Position numbers and translations under genes: made by a program. 64,000 nucleotides of DNA. It comes from a virus (taxonomy: Duplodnaviria; Caudoviricetes). The notes under the pieces were generated by a model. The model had not been told where the DNA came from, made no database searches, and saw only the letters and a program-made list of their open reading frames with translations. Location of the stretch: IMG/VR virus record IMGVR_UViG_3300018080_000180, positions 368 to 64,367 of that record; one strand, given 5' to 3'. Shown here one piece after another: positions 19,101 to 25,159 of the stretch (position 1 is its first letter; each line of letters opens with the position of its first letter).

Positions 19101-22100
19101 TCAGCAATCACGTAGCTTGACACAGGATAACCCTTATAGGTCGTCATATCTGGGTCGTTCACCCTCAGTTCGGCGAGGTCCTCTGCCCCATAGTTCGCAA
19201 GACGTTCAAGCAAGTACTCGCGGTAACCCGCAGCATCCATTGCCTCAAACAGGGAGAAGAGGAGGTTGTTATAGTCTGACTTGGAATCGTGCTGGATCCG
19301 GTGCAGCCCTTCGTGCAGGAACGTGGTAAGGAGGGGGAGATCCCCCTCGGTGTTGAGCAGCACCACCCCGGGCATGTCCTCCGGGGCGTAGCCGTTGATA
19401 TCGAGGCCTCCACGCCCATCCTTGAACCACAGGATCGTGGTCCCCATGTCAGTCGCAAGAGCCTCAATAGCCTTCTGGTACGCTGTTTCTGACTTTGCGG
19501 GGACGGCGCCTGCCTGAGCGTATCTGCCGCCGAACTTGCGGAGGCCGGTGACTGCTTTATCAAGCAGCCTGACCTTCTTATCCTGATCTGTAACTACAGA
19601 AGGCGCCTTTTTTGGCGGAGCTTTCTCTTCTGTTAATCGTCGCTGTCCTGCTTCAGTGGCTTTTCCAGCTTCGCCATCTCTTTTCTGTACTGCAGGCCGT
19701 TGATCTCGCCGTTTCGATAGCGTTTTATCAGGTTGAACTCTTTTAGGGAATTCCCGCTCAGCCTCAGCTTGACTTTTTGCTGGTTCACGTTTTTCCTCCA
19801 GTTCTCGCGCCGACACAAGGCCGGCTTGTTCATAAATGGGTCCGAGGTCTTCTCCTTCAACCCCACTTATATTATACCGTTCCGCCAATTGATTGTCAAT
19901 GTAAATCGCATTGCGTCGTTTCGACTTGCCTTCCAGCATGGCTTGATCTGCACCAGCAAGATCGGCCCCGACCCCTATGGTTGCCCCGAGCGGAACCCGC
20001 ATAACGGTGCCGTTTTTAGCCGTTATCGGAACAGTTATCGAATTGAGTTTCTGTTGCATTTGCTGCAGCTTTGCGGGAAGTTCGGCCATCTCTTCGTCTG
20101 TCAGTTCAGCAATGCCGGCACCTTCATCGCCATGGATGTGGTAATAATTAATCCCGACCTCTTCTGCAGCCTCAGCAAGAGCCCTCTGCCCCTTCTTCAT
20201 GATGTAGTCGCCAGCATTATGGCCTTCAATGGTCTCGTCATTCCACGGCTTGAATTTATCAAGGTCATAAAAAATGTTTACACGAGTTTTGCCTTCTTCG
20301 ACAGGTTTCTGCATTGCGCTCTGAAAGTGGGGGCCGCTCTTGAGCTTGGTAAGCCCATGCCGTTTCGATCTTGATGCGTAGCGAAGTGCCTTGTCACGAG
20401 GGAGCTCTGGATCCTCCTCTTGAAGCTCATCTGCAACAGACTCCAGAGTTTCTGGCTGAACCTCTGCTCCGATGTCCTCCATTATCTTGACTCTGCCCTG
20501 AGCCTTCCCGGGCGTAATCGGAGGCGGCTCAAAACTCTTTGGGGCTATCTCAAAAATCTCCTCGTCGATAACTTCCAAAGACTCTATTCCGGACTCCGCT
20601 GTCGGAAGCTGCCCTTGCTTCTCCGTTGGCTGAACCGGCGCCTCAGTGGGCGCTCGCGGCTCCTCAGCGGCAGCTTCCGATGGCGTAGCGGGTTTGGACA
20701 GTGTAGGGGGCTTGCGGCCCTCCTCGGCCTCCTGAGCGGCCAGAGCCTCGATCTGGGCTACGGTCTCGGGATCGTCCGATACAACCTCCTCAATGGTCAG
20801 ATCTGGGCCTACAGGGGCAGCTGGCGCCTCTCCGGGTGCTGTGGGGGCCTCTCCGGGCGCTGTGGGGGCTACAGGGGTAGCTTCTTGCCTCAGACGCTCC
20901 TGCTCGGCCCTCTCGGTGGCTGCCTCGCGCTGAGCGGCCTCTATATCAATAGTCTGCGCTGCATCGCTCATTACGGCCTTCTGGGCACTCTCCTGAGCCT
21001 TGTCGAGCACCCCGAGTCCCTTCAGCGTCTTGTGGACGACCTTTACGCCGGCAGCTTTGGCCTGATCAGAGATCTTCTCGACGCCTGCCCGGACGCCAGC
21101 TCCGCCCATACCAAGCAGGAACATAGATGGGAAGGCTGTCGCGTAGGCGGCGGCTCCCTCAACCATGGCATTCTTCAGCTCTTCGAGAATCTTGATCTTC
21201 TTGCCCTCTGACATTTTGCCAAGGACCGGAGCGATCGTCCCGGTGAGCCACTCCTGAAACATCTCCTCACGGGCTTCGTGGTGGGCACCTTCTGCACGCT
21301 TGGCCAGACCTGCAATGGATCCTGATACAAACCGAGCGAACCGTCCGGTACCAATGCTTTTGCCCATAGCTGTCCGGATTGCGTTCAGGGTCTCCTTACT
21401 GAAGACACCCTTGTTCTGCATGTCCTCAACTTTGGCGTATCCAATACCAATCGGCAGCGCAAAAACTCGCTGCATATCCCTGCTGACACCAGCCTCCTCT
21501 AAGGCCCGAGCAGTGCTGCCTGCGCCTTCGAGTGTCCACATCAGGCCGCCGGCCCCGGGAACCACCATGTTCAGGGCGGTACCTGCCGCCATCCCGGGGA
21601 GGATCCGGATGGTAGACGAGATAATATTCTTGTACTGATCCTGATCTGTCGCCTCTGTAATCTCGTCGGTCAGAGCCATCGCCTCATCGTAGGCCTCATC
21701 ATCAAGAGAATAGAGCGCAAGGCCAGTGGAAATGCTGGCCGACAAGTCTGCAACCCCAGCCAGAAAAGAAGCAGTGGGGGTACTGAAAAACCCGGGCTTG
21801 ACATTTTGTAGGTAATCCACAAAGTCTTCGGCCTCTGCCTTGCGCAGCCATCCCGGAGACAGCTCCTCCATAACATCTTCGGCGTATTTGACGTAGTCCT
21901 TTGCCGCTTCCAGCTCCTGTTTCACCTGAGTGTCGCGTCCTGTTTCGCGGGCGATCGCTTCGCGTCCGGGCTCCAGCTCCTGAAGGGCTGCCTCCCGAGC
22001 CTTGAACGCACGATCCCAGCGACCTGCCGCAGCGGTCAATCCAGTGACATGCTTTGCAACCGTCTTGCCGACCTCACCAAGAAACCCTTCGCGCCCCTCG

Positions 22101-22927
22101 ATCGGTGTGACCCCAGCCTCTGGCATTTCCAACCGTCGGTCTGCTGGGGGAGCCTGTTGCATAACGTCGACAGCCGGGGCCTCCACTGCTTCGGTTGGAG
22201 TGTACTCTTCTTCCCTCAAAAGAGCCTTACGCTCATCCTGAAGCATGCGAATCTGCTCTCGCTTCTGCTCGTCAGTTAACTCAACGGGCGCCTCCCCCGC
22301 CTCTCCTGTGATAAGCTCCTTTTCAGTGCGGGAAAGCTCCTGCTGCCTCTTGCTCCACATCTCGCGTGTCTGCTCGTAGGACTTGCGAACATCAAGACCT
22401 TTTGGCTTCGGCTCAAGCGATTTGCGTATCTCTTTGATCTGCTCTTCGATCTCGGCAAGGCGCTGCTTCTTTGATTTCTCCTCGGCACGGCGCCCACGTT
22501 CAGCCTGCAAGGACTGGCGAATAAATCCCTCTGGCTTCTCCTCGGACTCGCGCTTCAAATAACCAGTAAACCCAAGAATATTTTCGGCTATGCCGGCCAT
22601 TGGACCTATGACAGGAACACCCCTTAAAAGAGCTCCGCCAAAACCAGCACCAGCCTCGCGGCGCTCACCCGGGCTTCCTTCCACCGTAGGAGGGGTAACT
22701 ATCTCGGCCTCGGGATCCTGCATCGTCCTGCCACCGGGAGGGGCGGCTGGCTGTGGTGTCGGCTCAGGTTCTGGCTGCTGCTGGGCTGCTCTCGCATCGT
22801 CGGAGAGGACTTCGTCGAGCGACAGGCCTATGTCTTCCGACGGCGGGGTATAGGAAGCCCGTGCCTCGTCGGAAAGAAATTCGTCAATATTCAGGTCGAG
22901 GTTTTGGTAGCTGCTGCGTGGGGCCAT
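10130..22927 (-). CDS. Giant polyvalent virion/ejection protein (4265 aa)
   Basis: GGDEF-like (DLDKFK..ND..GH..GD, HGDEG), zincin HEGLH, DUF7178-like, EIQSD domain, ART-like YHGS, helical C-terminus like internal virion proteins. Confidence 0.9.
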   Translation of the reverse strand: MAPRSSYQNLDLNIDEFLSDEARASYTPPSEDIGLSLDEVLSDDARAAQQQPEPEPTPQPAAPPGGRTMQDPEAEIVTPPTVEGSPGERREAGAGFGGALLRGVPVIGPMAGIAENILGFTGYLKRESEEKPEGFIRQSLQAERGRRAEEKSKKQRLAEIEEQIKEIRKSLEPKPKGLDVRKSYEQTREMWSKRQQELSRTEKELITGEAGEAPVELTDEQKREQIRMLQDERKALLREEEYTPTEAVEAPAVDVMQQAPPADRRLEMPEAGVTPIEGREGFLGEVGKTVAKHVTGLTAAAGRWDRAFKAREAALQELEPGREAIARETGRDTQVKQELEAAKDYVKYAEDVMEELSPGWLRKAEAEDFVDYLQNVKPGFFSTPTASFLAGVADLSASISTGLALYSLDDEAYDEAMALTDEITEATDQDQYKNIISSTIRILPGMAAGTALNMVVPGAGGLMWTLEGAGSTARALEEAGVSRDMQRVFALPIGIGYAKVEDMQNKGVFSKETLNAIRTAMGKSIGTGRFARFVSGSIAGLAKRAEGAHHEAREEMFQEWLTGTIAPVLGKMSEGKKIKILEELKNAMVEGAAAYATAFPSMFLLGMGGAGVRAGVEKISDQAKAAGVKVVHKTLKGLGVLDKAQESAQKAVMSDAAQTIDIEAAQREAATERAEQERLRQEATPVAPTAPGEAPTAPGEAPAAPVGPDLTIEEVVSDDPETVAQIEALAAQEAEEGRKPPTLSKPATPSEAAAEEPRAPTEAPVQPTEKQGQLPTAESGIESLEVIDEEIFEIAPKSFEPPPITPGKAQGRVKIMEDIGAEVQPETLESVADELQEEDPELPRDKALRYASRSKRHGLTKLKSGPHFQSAMQKPVEEGKTRVNIFYDLDKFKPWNDETIEGHNAGDYIMKKGQRALAEAAEEVGINYYHIHGDEGAGIAELTDEEMAELPAKLQQMQQKLNSITVPITAKNGTVMRVPLGATIGVGADLAGADQAMLEGKSKRRNAIYIDNQLAERYNISGVEGEDLGPIYEQAGLVSARELEEKREPAKSQAEAEREFPKRVQPDKTLSKRRDQRPAVQKRDGEAGKATEAGQRRLTEEKAPPKKAPSVVTDQDKKVRLLDKAVTGLRKFGGRYAQAGAVPAKSETAYQKAIEALATDMGTTILWFKDGRGGLDINGYAPEDMPGVVLLNTEGDLPLLTTFLHEGLHRIQHDSKSDYNNLLFSLFEAMDAAGYREYLLERLANYGAEDLAELRVNDPDMTTYKGYPVSSYVIAELLADISGDIGTARGVFYTLADKAPKVLRKILRMVGDIIAAVKKAPKEHSRYLDPKGAIELRRQILEAMSKQRPGIAERVAKIAKQKPTLSKPRKATREQEIFESAGVIIGNPSQMRKLVQDLAGYAEAGKDFKNWYRSSSRAAMYLAGGDPVKAELYMNVAAVTSPQTSVAKNTDYVFDVIEFLGETSAMDVQDFERALAGRMFGKNRSVSNKVKQLIRGASAAEVATGPKVTPFDQTLISYLSSDFPGDYDAVMDTWIYRAFGVTPQRSQSATLQRRLQKEMRMLAKRLNLSNDQLQASIWCSFRQAWNDKYNDVIRSFAPGELTKIVRNGVEIDYDNDSWIKILKRMHERMEFPDPNTLELDDFARRIGERLSFFSYETIPTTSGEYAWMTKMAYEDKARLHRDLMQMVQTPRGTNAIFDMLELPLATQFTTAGAWELASNPSQQALALLGVTEGSKQIDKAVAAKLDAAANAFGYIYKQDAVAYHYPIYGGVDAANNNGIEVLTGRPFDEEQSLALQHSVMAAMPKYANSIGIIGHSSGARIINFTFGELSNADFHRAIAPVIDNAYPVEKVDTWRFNSDGGYFDNDWKENPDGSSYISRLVSEGRPDISGRGDDQYNEKVLGRLTESIVNRYGPQAEAIRQRYDADRRAGKIATLSKKVVVEDTKPFLTTSVFLRRELVGKDMVSRGQMDSLLKSKEVKPIEADVVSFVLDKYHKGEKKIDLEQLKREVNTELIPLTRISSTGGEYEVKYGVPELGYSGLAKGESIIFNAPYYHGQAGHWTDQYMELSKELFPEYEIVEGFKVQDWAPPSYAVVDKKNKEKVLGVFGSKEAAYTWIDEAEAAAEDTSDRVGLFGHLRVAPIGNAFNIMEIQSDLFQHYDVEAINEFVDWSEEEREEKPVGEGEPQKIIDAIDAEVGSMSEDDMIGLNEKETARRVLDSLDFRPHTGHFHDFYKTDWYKEIMHAGLYQAATESAPADLNYKYGVVQQLYQMVPKRFKTFPSILRTQTEAYHKLWPQRMVREAIKVAAVRGYETIRMPTEETLALVEGFVKKEADVRAQHELFAIGGSDQSSDEILKKAKPGATLEHRRSGRRDLILSVDKSGIDEGDQHFLVWTTSSRFADKYRQLSDQKKKQVADFVNNARYIMGVSENEPFPIQTFHVRFRTGDTPIGGGYDLTKIHKSAQEVLRNYKSGALKAFRRLRSDVTPVTDEQGNTWYESKITEADRNDPVLAFSKKVYHGSGSQYDDFDYRNNAGRASGISAMGAATYVTDVRGNAVWYAQELGGYRFTVDGMNRRWPMFDSIGVANMVRAWRRGEEIDEMAKGMTYPGDHPFRKEQLKELVDLIKENRVQVQSTSYLYTAELAIENGNFLDWNNPESQEMIDLGRQAVPDPEAYDSIISATKAQLGGFVTGGDIYRTVARILESNIAASDALAGVGIAGAFESDGPATTNYAVYDETLLGRPTRETLSKKKLPGSKQKDLYIVHNLAEESLERINSIGGIPAVSIAIASTKSPLKEFGGISLVFPQETVQPSIDFVYNGDAYTARRIMDVAYRPNRQVARATARKIEEAVKKFFPADDGIISRDSAEIMKEEDRDLFFDFAMGDVGLQSLFISETNERASGKLHYLMNGRYGEYRDWLGMLADELYGVGEMVLRGETVPATLQAHHEAMSRQDPRSAEMEGIEQKYGYLTGRSRERLSDWKSVISRYEAGGMEREPYTGVGLASLLHSKLMTDIEPYAQKSSATLHGLVARYYDENGRGNEDVRRIAQEIGFQGLPDNLVEHIVDMANLIREMPKHYFEVKMSRPVMIGEAKLAIVPDNRFPMVDRILRNAGVPFIEYSTAAGNREDAVAEAVKGAGLTFSKKRRGLSAVVKRIPVRPADLVASKYRIKEEYEYLQEARTRLRALQDEETLRMRAGSAMAIDKYLIAFREMTKAELAEKKAELREDIARTLSLYARQVGYPRDIYPLIKRVKTPYMFNKVLDLIDQRVQNNLRRMLYKKAKDRIKRYRSMIDAVKAGKRKSSVFTPEAAAELEALMDAFDDTRPRLNLDQIKSQVAQGNPITEAEAEFVRIYDKINGPEDVELTPEEKAFVIQNTSPRLDQMSAAQLRRVSEEMRLIYTTGRSERKRQVDREMKQVNAKRQAVVAGVRKVTSQAAIERRAARAFDDETRGLMKSLGEIGRFFGWQQVRPELLMEWATGNFQMLGQKPGALSRFVYEPIRQKAIEESIAAKAHQDKVAEIFKGLDLRRMYQKFDDFEVTVYDMDTGIPYQRKLSANQAMFVYANSQNEDNLRHLYGSGYTDDAVQTITDALPQEVKDAVDRLIDFYDTDVYPRVNEVFKKVYGVEMPKSDRYFPIMRLDRKRAESPVMIDLMQRYSTRPIGLDRKFTKGRVKSEAAFRDYDFFRTVFAHMRDVEHYIAFEETINTTRRILDYDPVSRAIQTRSEAAYKTMWRWHQDMIAGRPSNINSNALNTWADFIRRNYGVYALGLNVRVMAKQLASMTGAMPFVSPGLVTQRFAQYTTGGWKNMQKMVYGLSEYMKTRNGNVERTLRELQESREVKKAFGFGPAMTQLADASMAGIRAFDEAAVVSIWLAKFDDGMKKHGNQSRAVREADMLIRRTQPESSLVNLPEAFRDRGVVGAFTAFKNQINQNANMWAMIGMAAKSASAPPDEVMKMAVKMFFAQMAAAMWIYAIDTGAWYNPKRLLQDPEGLMMYAVNGVTGTLPVVGEGINSMMANARNRIREMRGQKPIRDYGFDVTPTAFEVFGTAGRFMGGVADLAQAQTPTERRKAAQKALKAGAQVSAIATRLPASMAIRAVEGAFRAAKGEGMANLLYPKSTLEDVSLKGAMTSRLKKPGSWRERLIFKNWYEQLPKDRRKAFKAEAFNAGIDDPSENVKQINEYFSGRLLEKPKELPASKLKFGYNALYSGGMQNQFARRREAAYKNLTPQEKANWSKHPSIVKVDEEWELYKKLWKKHREAVIKSKRGQ
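19633..19788 (-). CDS. Nested +1-frame small basic protein (51 aa) inside the giant gene
   Basis: GGAGG 6 nt before GTG; consensus promoter ~80 nt upstream. Confidence 0.55.
   Translation of the reverse strand: MNQQKVKLRLSGNSLKEFNLIKRYRNGEINGLQYRKEMAKLEKPLKQDSDD
19871..19900 (-). promoter_or_regulatory. Intragenic consensus promoter with the same operator
   Basis: TTGACA-17-TATAAT; ATTGACAATCAATTG identical to 6956-6970. Confidence 0.8.
20815..20875 (-). repeat. 21-bp coding tandem repeat (APTAPGE) in linker
   Basis: APTAPGEAPTAPGEAPAAP. Confidence 0.6.
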
Positions 22928-22941
22928 TTACACCTTCCGAG

Positions 22942-24072
22942 TTACTGCGTTGACTGGAAATACTTTTTGAACTTCGGGCTCGCCATGACATTGGAAATTG
23001 TTTTCTCGTCAGGATTTTTCAGCCCTTGGTCGACCAGCCAGTCTATTGCAGCTTCTCGGTAGGCATCCTGATCGATGCCTTCATCATAATCGGCTTCTAT
23101 TTGCTGCAGAGAGCGCTGACCACCGCCGGCTCGTAATTGCTGGGCGATACCTTCTGCTCTGTCAAGCTCAGCCTGTGCGGCCTGAAGCTGATCGCCAAGA
23201 GATGACGTAAGCAGCTTTTTGACCTTTGCCTTTGCTGACTCAAGATCTTTTATTAGCTTGTCCTTTGTCTCGTCTTCAGTATAAGCATTGTTCAGTTGCT
23301 GCTGAATTGTCTCAATGCGCTTCTCAGTTTCGGCAAGTTCTTCGGCCTCCATATCGGCGGCCTTCTTGATTTTATCCCTCTTCATCAATGCATTCTTTGC
23401 AGTTGCCTCTGCCTTGCTACGTTCCTGAAGGTACTGATCGCGCTGCCTGAGTCCGGAGCTCTGACCCTGCTGCTGACCGCGACGCTTTTCCTGCTGCTGC
23501 TGGAGAGAAGTGGGAATGGCACCAATATAGTCGCCGGCACCGACGCCCTCGGGGAACTGATAATCGGCAGCAGCTCCGCCCTGCTCGATCGCCGTCCTAC
23601 GATCCTGAGCGCCGGCAGATCCTTGAATGAATTGCTGGGTACGCTGGCGTTCCGATTCGGCCTCGTGCTGGGCCTTCATACGCTTGTCGTATTCGATGAG
23701 ACCAACGCTTGCGTGCTTGTACCAGTTCATGGCATTGAACCGACCATTGTCATCGTAGTAAAACTCCTTCGGGGGGAGCCATTCGAGAACGCCCTTACCC
23801 ATGCGCTTAACAGCGTCCTGCTCGAAGAGCTTGACACCCTTCATTCCCATTCCGAGAACACGCCTGAATATATTCTCCTGATTCGCTTTTGCCATACTGG
23901 CGCCCATTGCGTTACGCATGGCTGCACCAGTGGCGCGAACCGGATCATCGGCCGGGGCTGACTCTGGTGTATGCGTGGTTGGGCCGATACCCGCCCCGAG
24001 ATCCTGAGGATCCTCTGACTCTGCTCCACCGGCAAACTTGCCAATACCTTGATATGATCTCATCGTGTTCAT
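22942..24072 (-). CDS. Putative ejection (internal virion) protein, coiled coil
   Basis: Position, A/Q/E-rich helical sequence; TAATG coupling. Confidence 0.7.
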   Translation of the reverse strand: MNTMRSYQGIGKFAGGAESEDPQDLGAGIGPTTHTPESAPADDPVRATGAAMRNAMGASMAKANQENIFRRVLGMGMKGVKLFEQDAVKRMGKGVLEWLPPKEFYYDDNGRFNAMNWYKHASVGLIEYDKRMKAQHEAESERQRTQQFIQGSAGAQDRRTAIEQGGAAADYQFPEGVGAGDYIGAIPTSLQQQQEKRRGQQQGQSSGLRQRDQYLQERSKAEATAKNALMKRDKIKKAADMEAEELAETEKRIETIQQQLNNAYTEDETKDKLIKDLESAKAKVKKLLTSSLGDQLQAAQAELDRAEGIAQQLRAGGGQRSLQQIEADYDEGIDQDAYREAAIDWLVDQGLKNPDEKTISNVMASPKFKKYFQSTQ

Positions 24073-25148
24073 TATGCGGCCACCTTCCACATTGAAGCGA
24101 TACGATCGCGACGCTTCGCCTTGTTTGACCCGGCGTTGGCAACGATTGCAGCGAATGCCTGAGATGCTTTTTCTCTGCCCTGCATCCGCTTGTCTTTCTT
24201 TCGCTGTTTTTCGTCAGCGATCTGTTTGCCGGCAGCACGCCGCTGCGTAACCTGTAGAGCAGCAGCATCGCGCTTCTTCGTCTGCCTTTCAAAGTACCAT
24301 TTCTCCATCATGTTCCAGTATTCTTTGCGAGCACGATTAAAGAGCTTCTGGTCGCGCTTTTCGGCCTTGTCATATTTCGCACCGGCAGTAAAGATTCCGG
24401 CAACACCCATGACTACGGCTCCGATTATGCCTCCCCATGGACCGCCGTACTTGAACCCCTCGCCGAAACCCTTGACGGACTCGCGCCACGATTCCTGAGC
24501 GACGTAACCGCCTTTCTGCTCGCCCCATGCCATCTCGCCAAAAACCTGAGCCGGGTTCTGAGATATGGCAAGACCACGATTCTGTATCGGGCTGCCCTCG
24601 GCCAGCATCTCAGTCTCAGTCGGAAGACCATCAAGAAATTGGTCAAGATTGGGAGAGATGTCGTAGTTGGGATCAAAGTAGAGCTTACCCTGATCCTTCC
24701 ACGCTTCGAGATCACTTTGGTAATCAAGAGCAGCCTGCTTCTGGTTGGCGGTAGTAAGTGCATCAAGACCTTGACCAGCCATGTCGAATGCCATCCCGAC
24801 TGGGTTGACGCCACCCATTCCGCCTTCTCCACCGCCCATCATTCCAGACATTGCCCCTTCTGTGCCGGCGCCCTTCTCCCCACCAAACATTCCAGAGAGC
24901 GTCTGGGCGAGGTCCATGCCTTGACCAATCATGCCCATCACATCAACATCTTTCTTGGGCTCTTGGCCTATGGCGGTCTGGGTAGATCCAGCAGCAGGAG
25001 ATGGAGAAGCAACTATGTCAGTTGGCTCGCGTGCCGGCTGAGACACAGGAGTCGTCTCTTGGTACGAAGTCCTTCTGGTTTCATCCAGAGGATCCCGATA
25101 GCTTGTGGTGCCATCAGGCCCAATTGCAGTGTACGATCTTGGTGCCAT
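24072..25148 (-). CDS. Putative ejection/pilot protein with glycine-zipper TM segment
   Basis: GFKYGGPWGGIIGAVVMGVAG. Confidence 0.7.
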   Translation of the reverse strand: MAPRSYTAIGPDGTTSYRDPLDETRRTSYQETTPVSQPAREPTDIVASPSPAAGSTQTAIGQEPKKDVDVMGMIGQGMDLAQTLSGMFGGEKGAGTEGAMSGMMGGGEGGMGGVNPVGMAFDMAGQGLDALTTANQKQAALDYQSDLEAWKDQGKLYFDPNYDISPNLDQFLDGLPTETEMLAEGSPIQNRGLAISQNPAQVFGEMAWGEQKGGYVAQESWRESVKGFGEGFKYGGPWGGIIGAVVMGVAGIFTAGAKYDKAEKRDQKLFNRARKEYWNMMEKWYFERQTKKRDAAALQVTQRRAAGKQIADEKQRKKDKRMQGREKASQAFAAIVANAGSNKAKRRDRIASMWKVAA

Positions 25149-25159
25149 GTTAAAACTCC

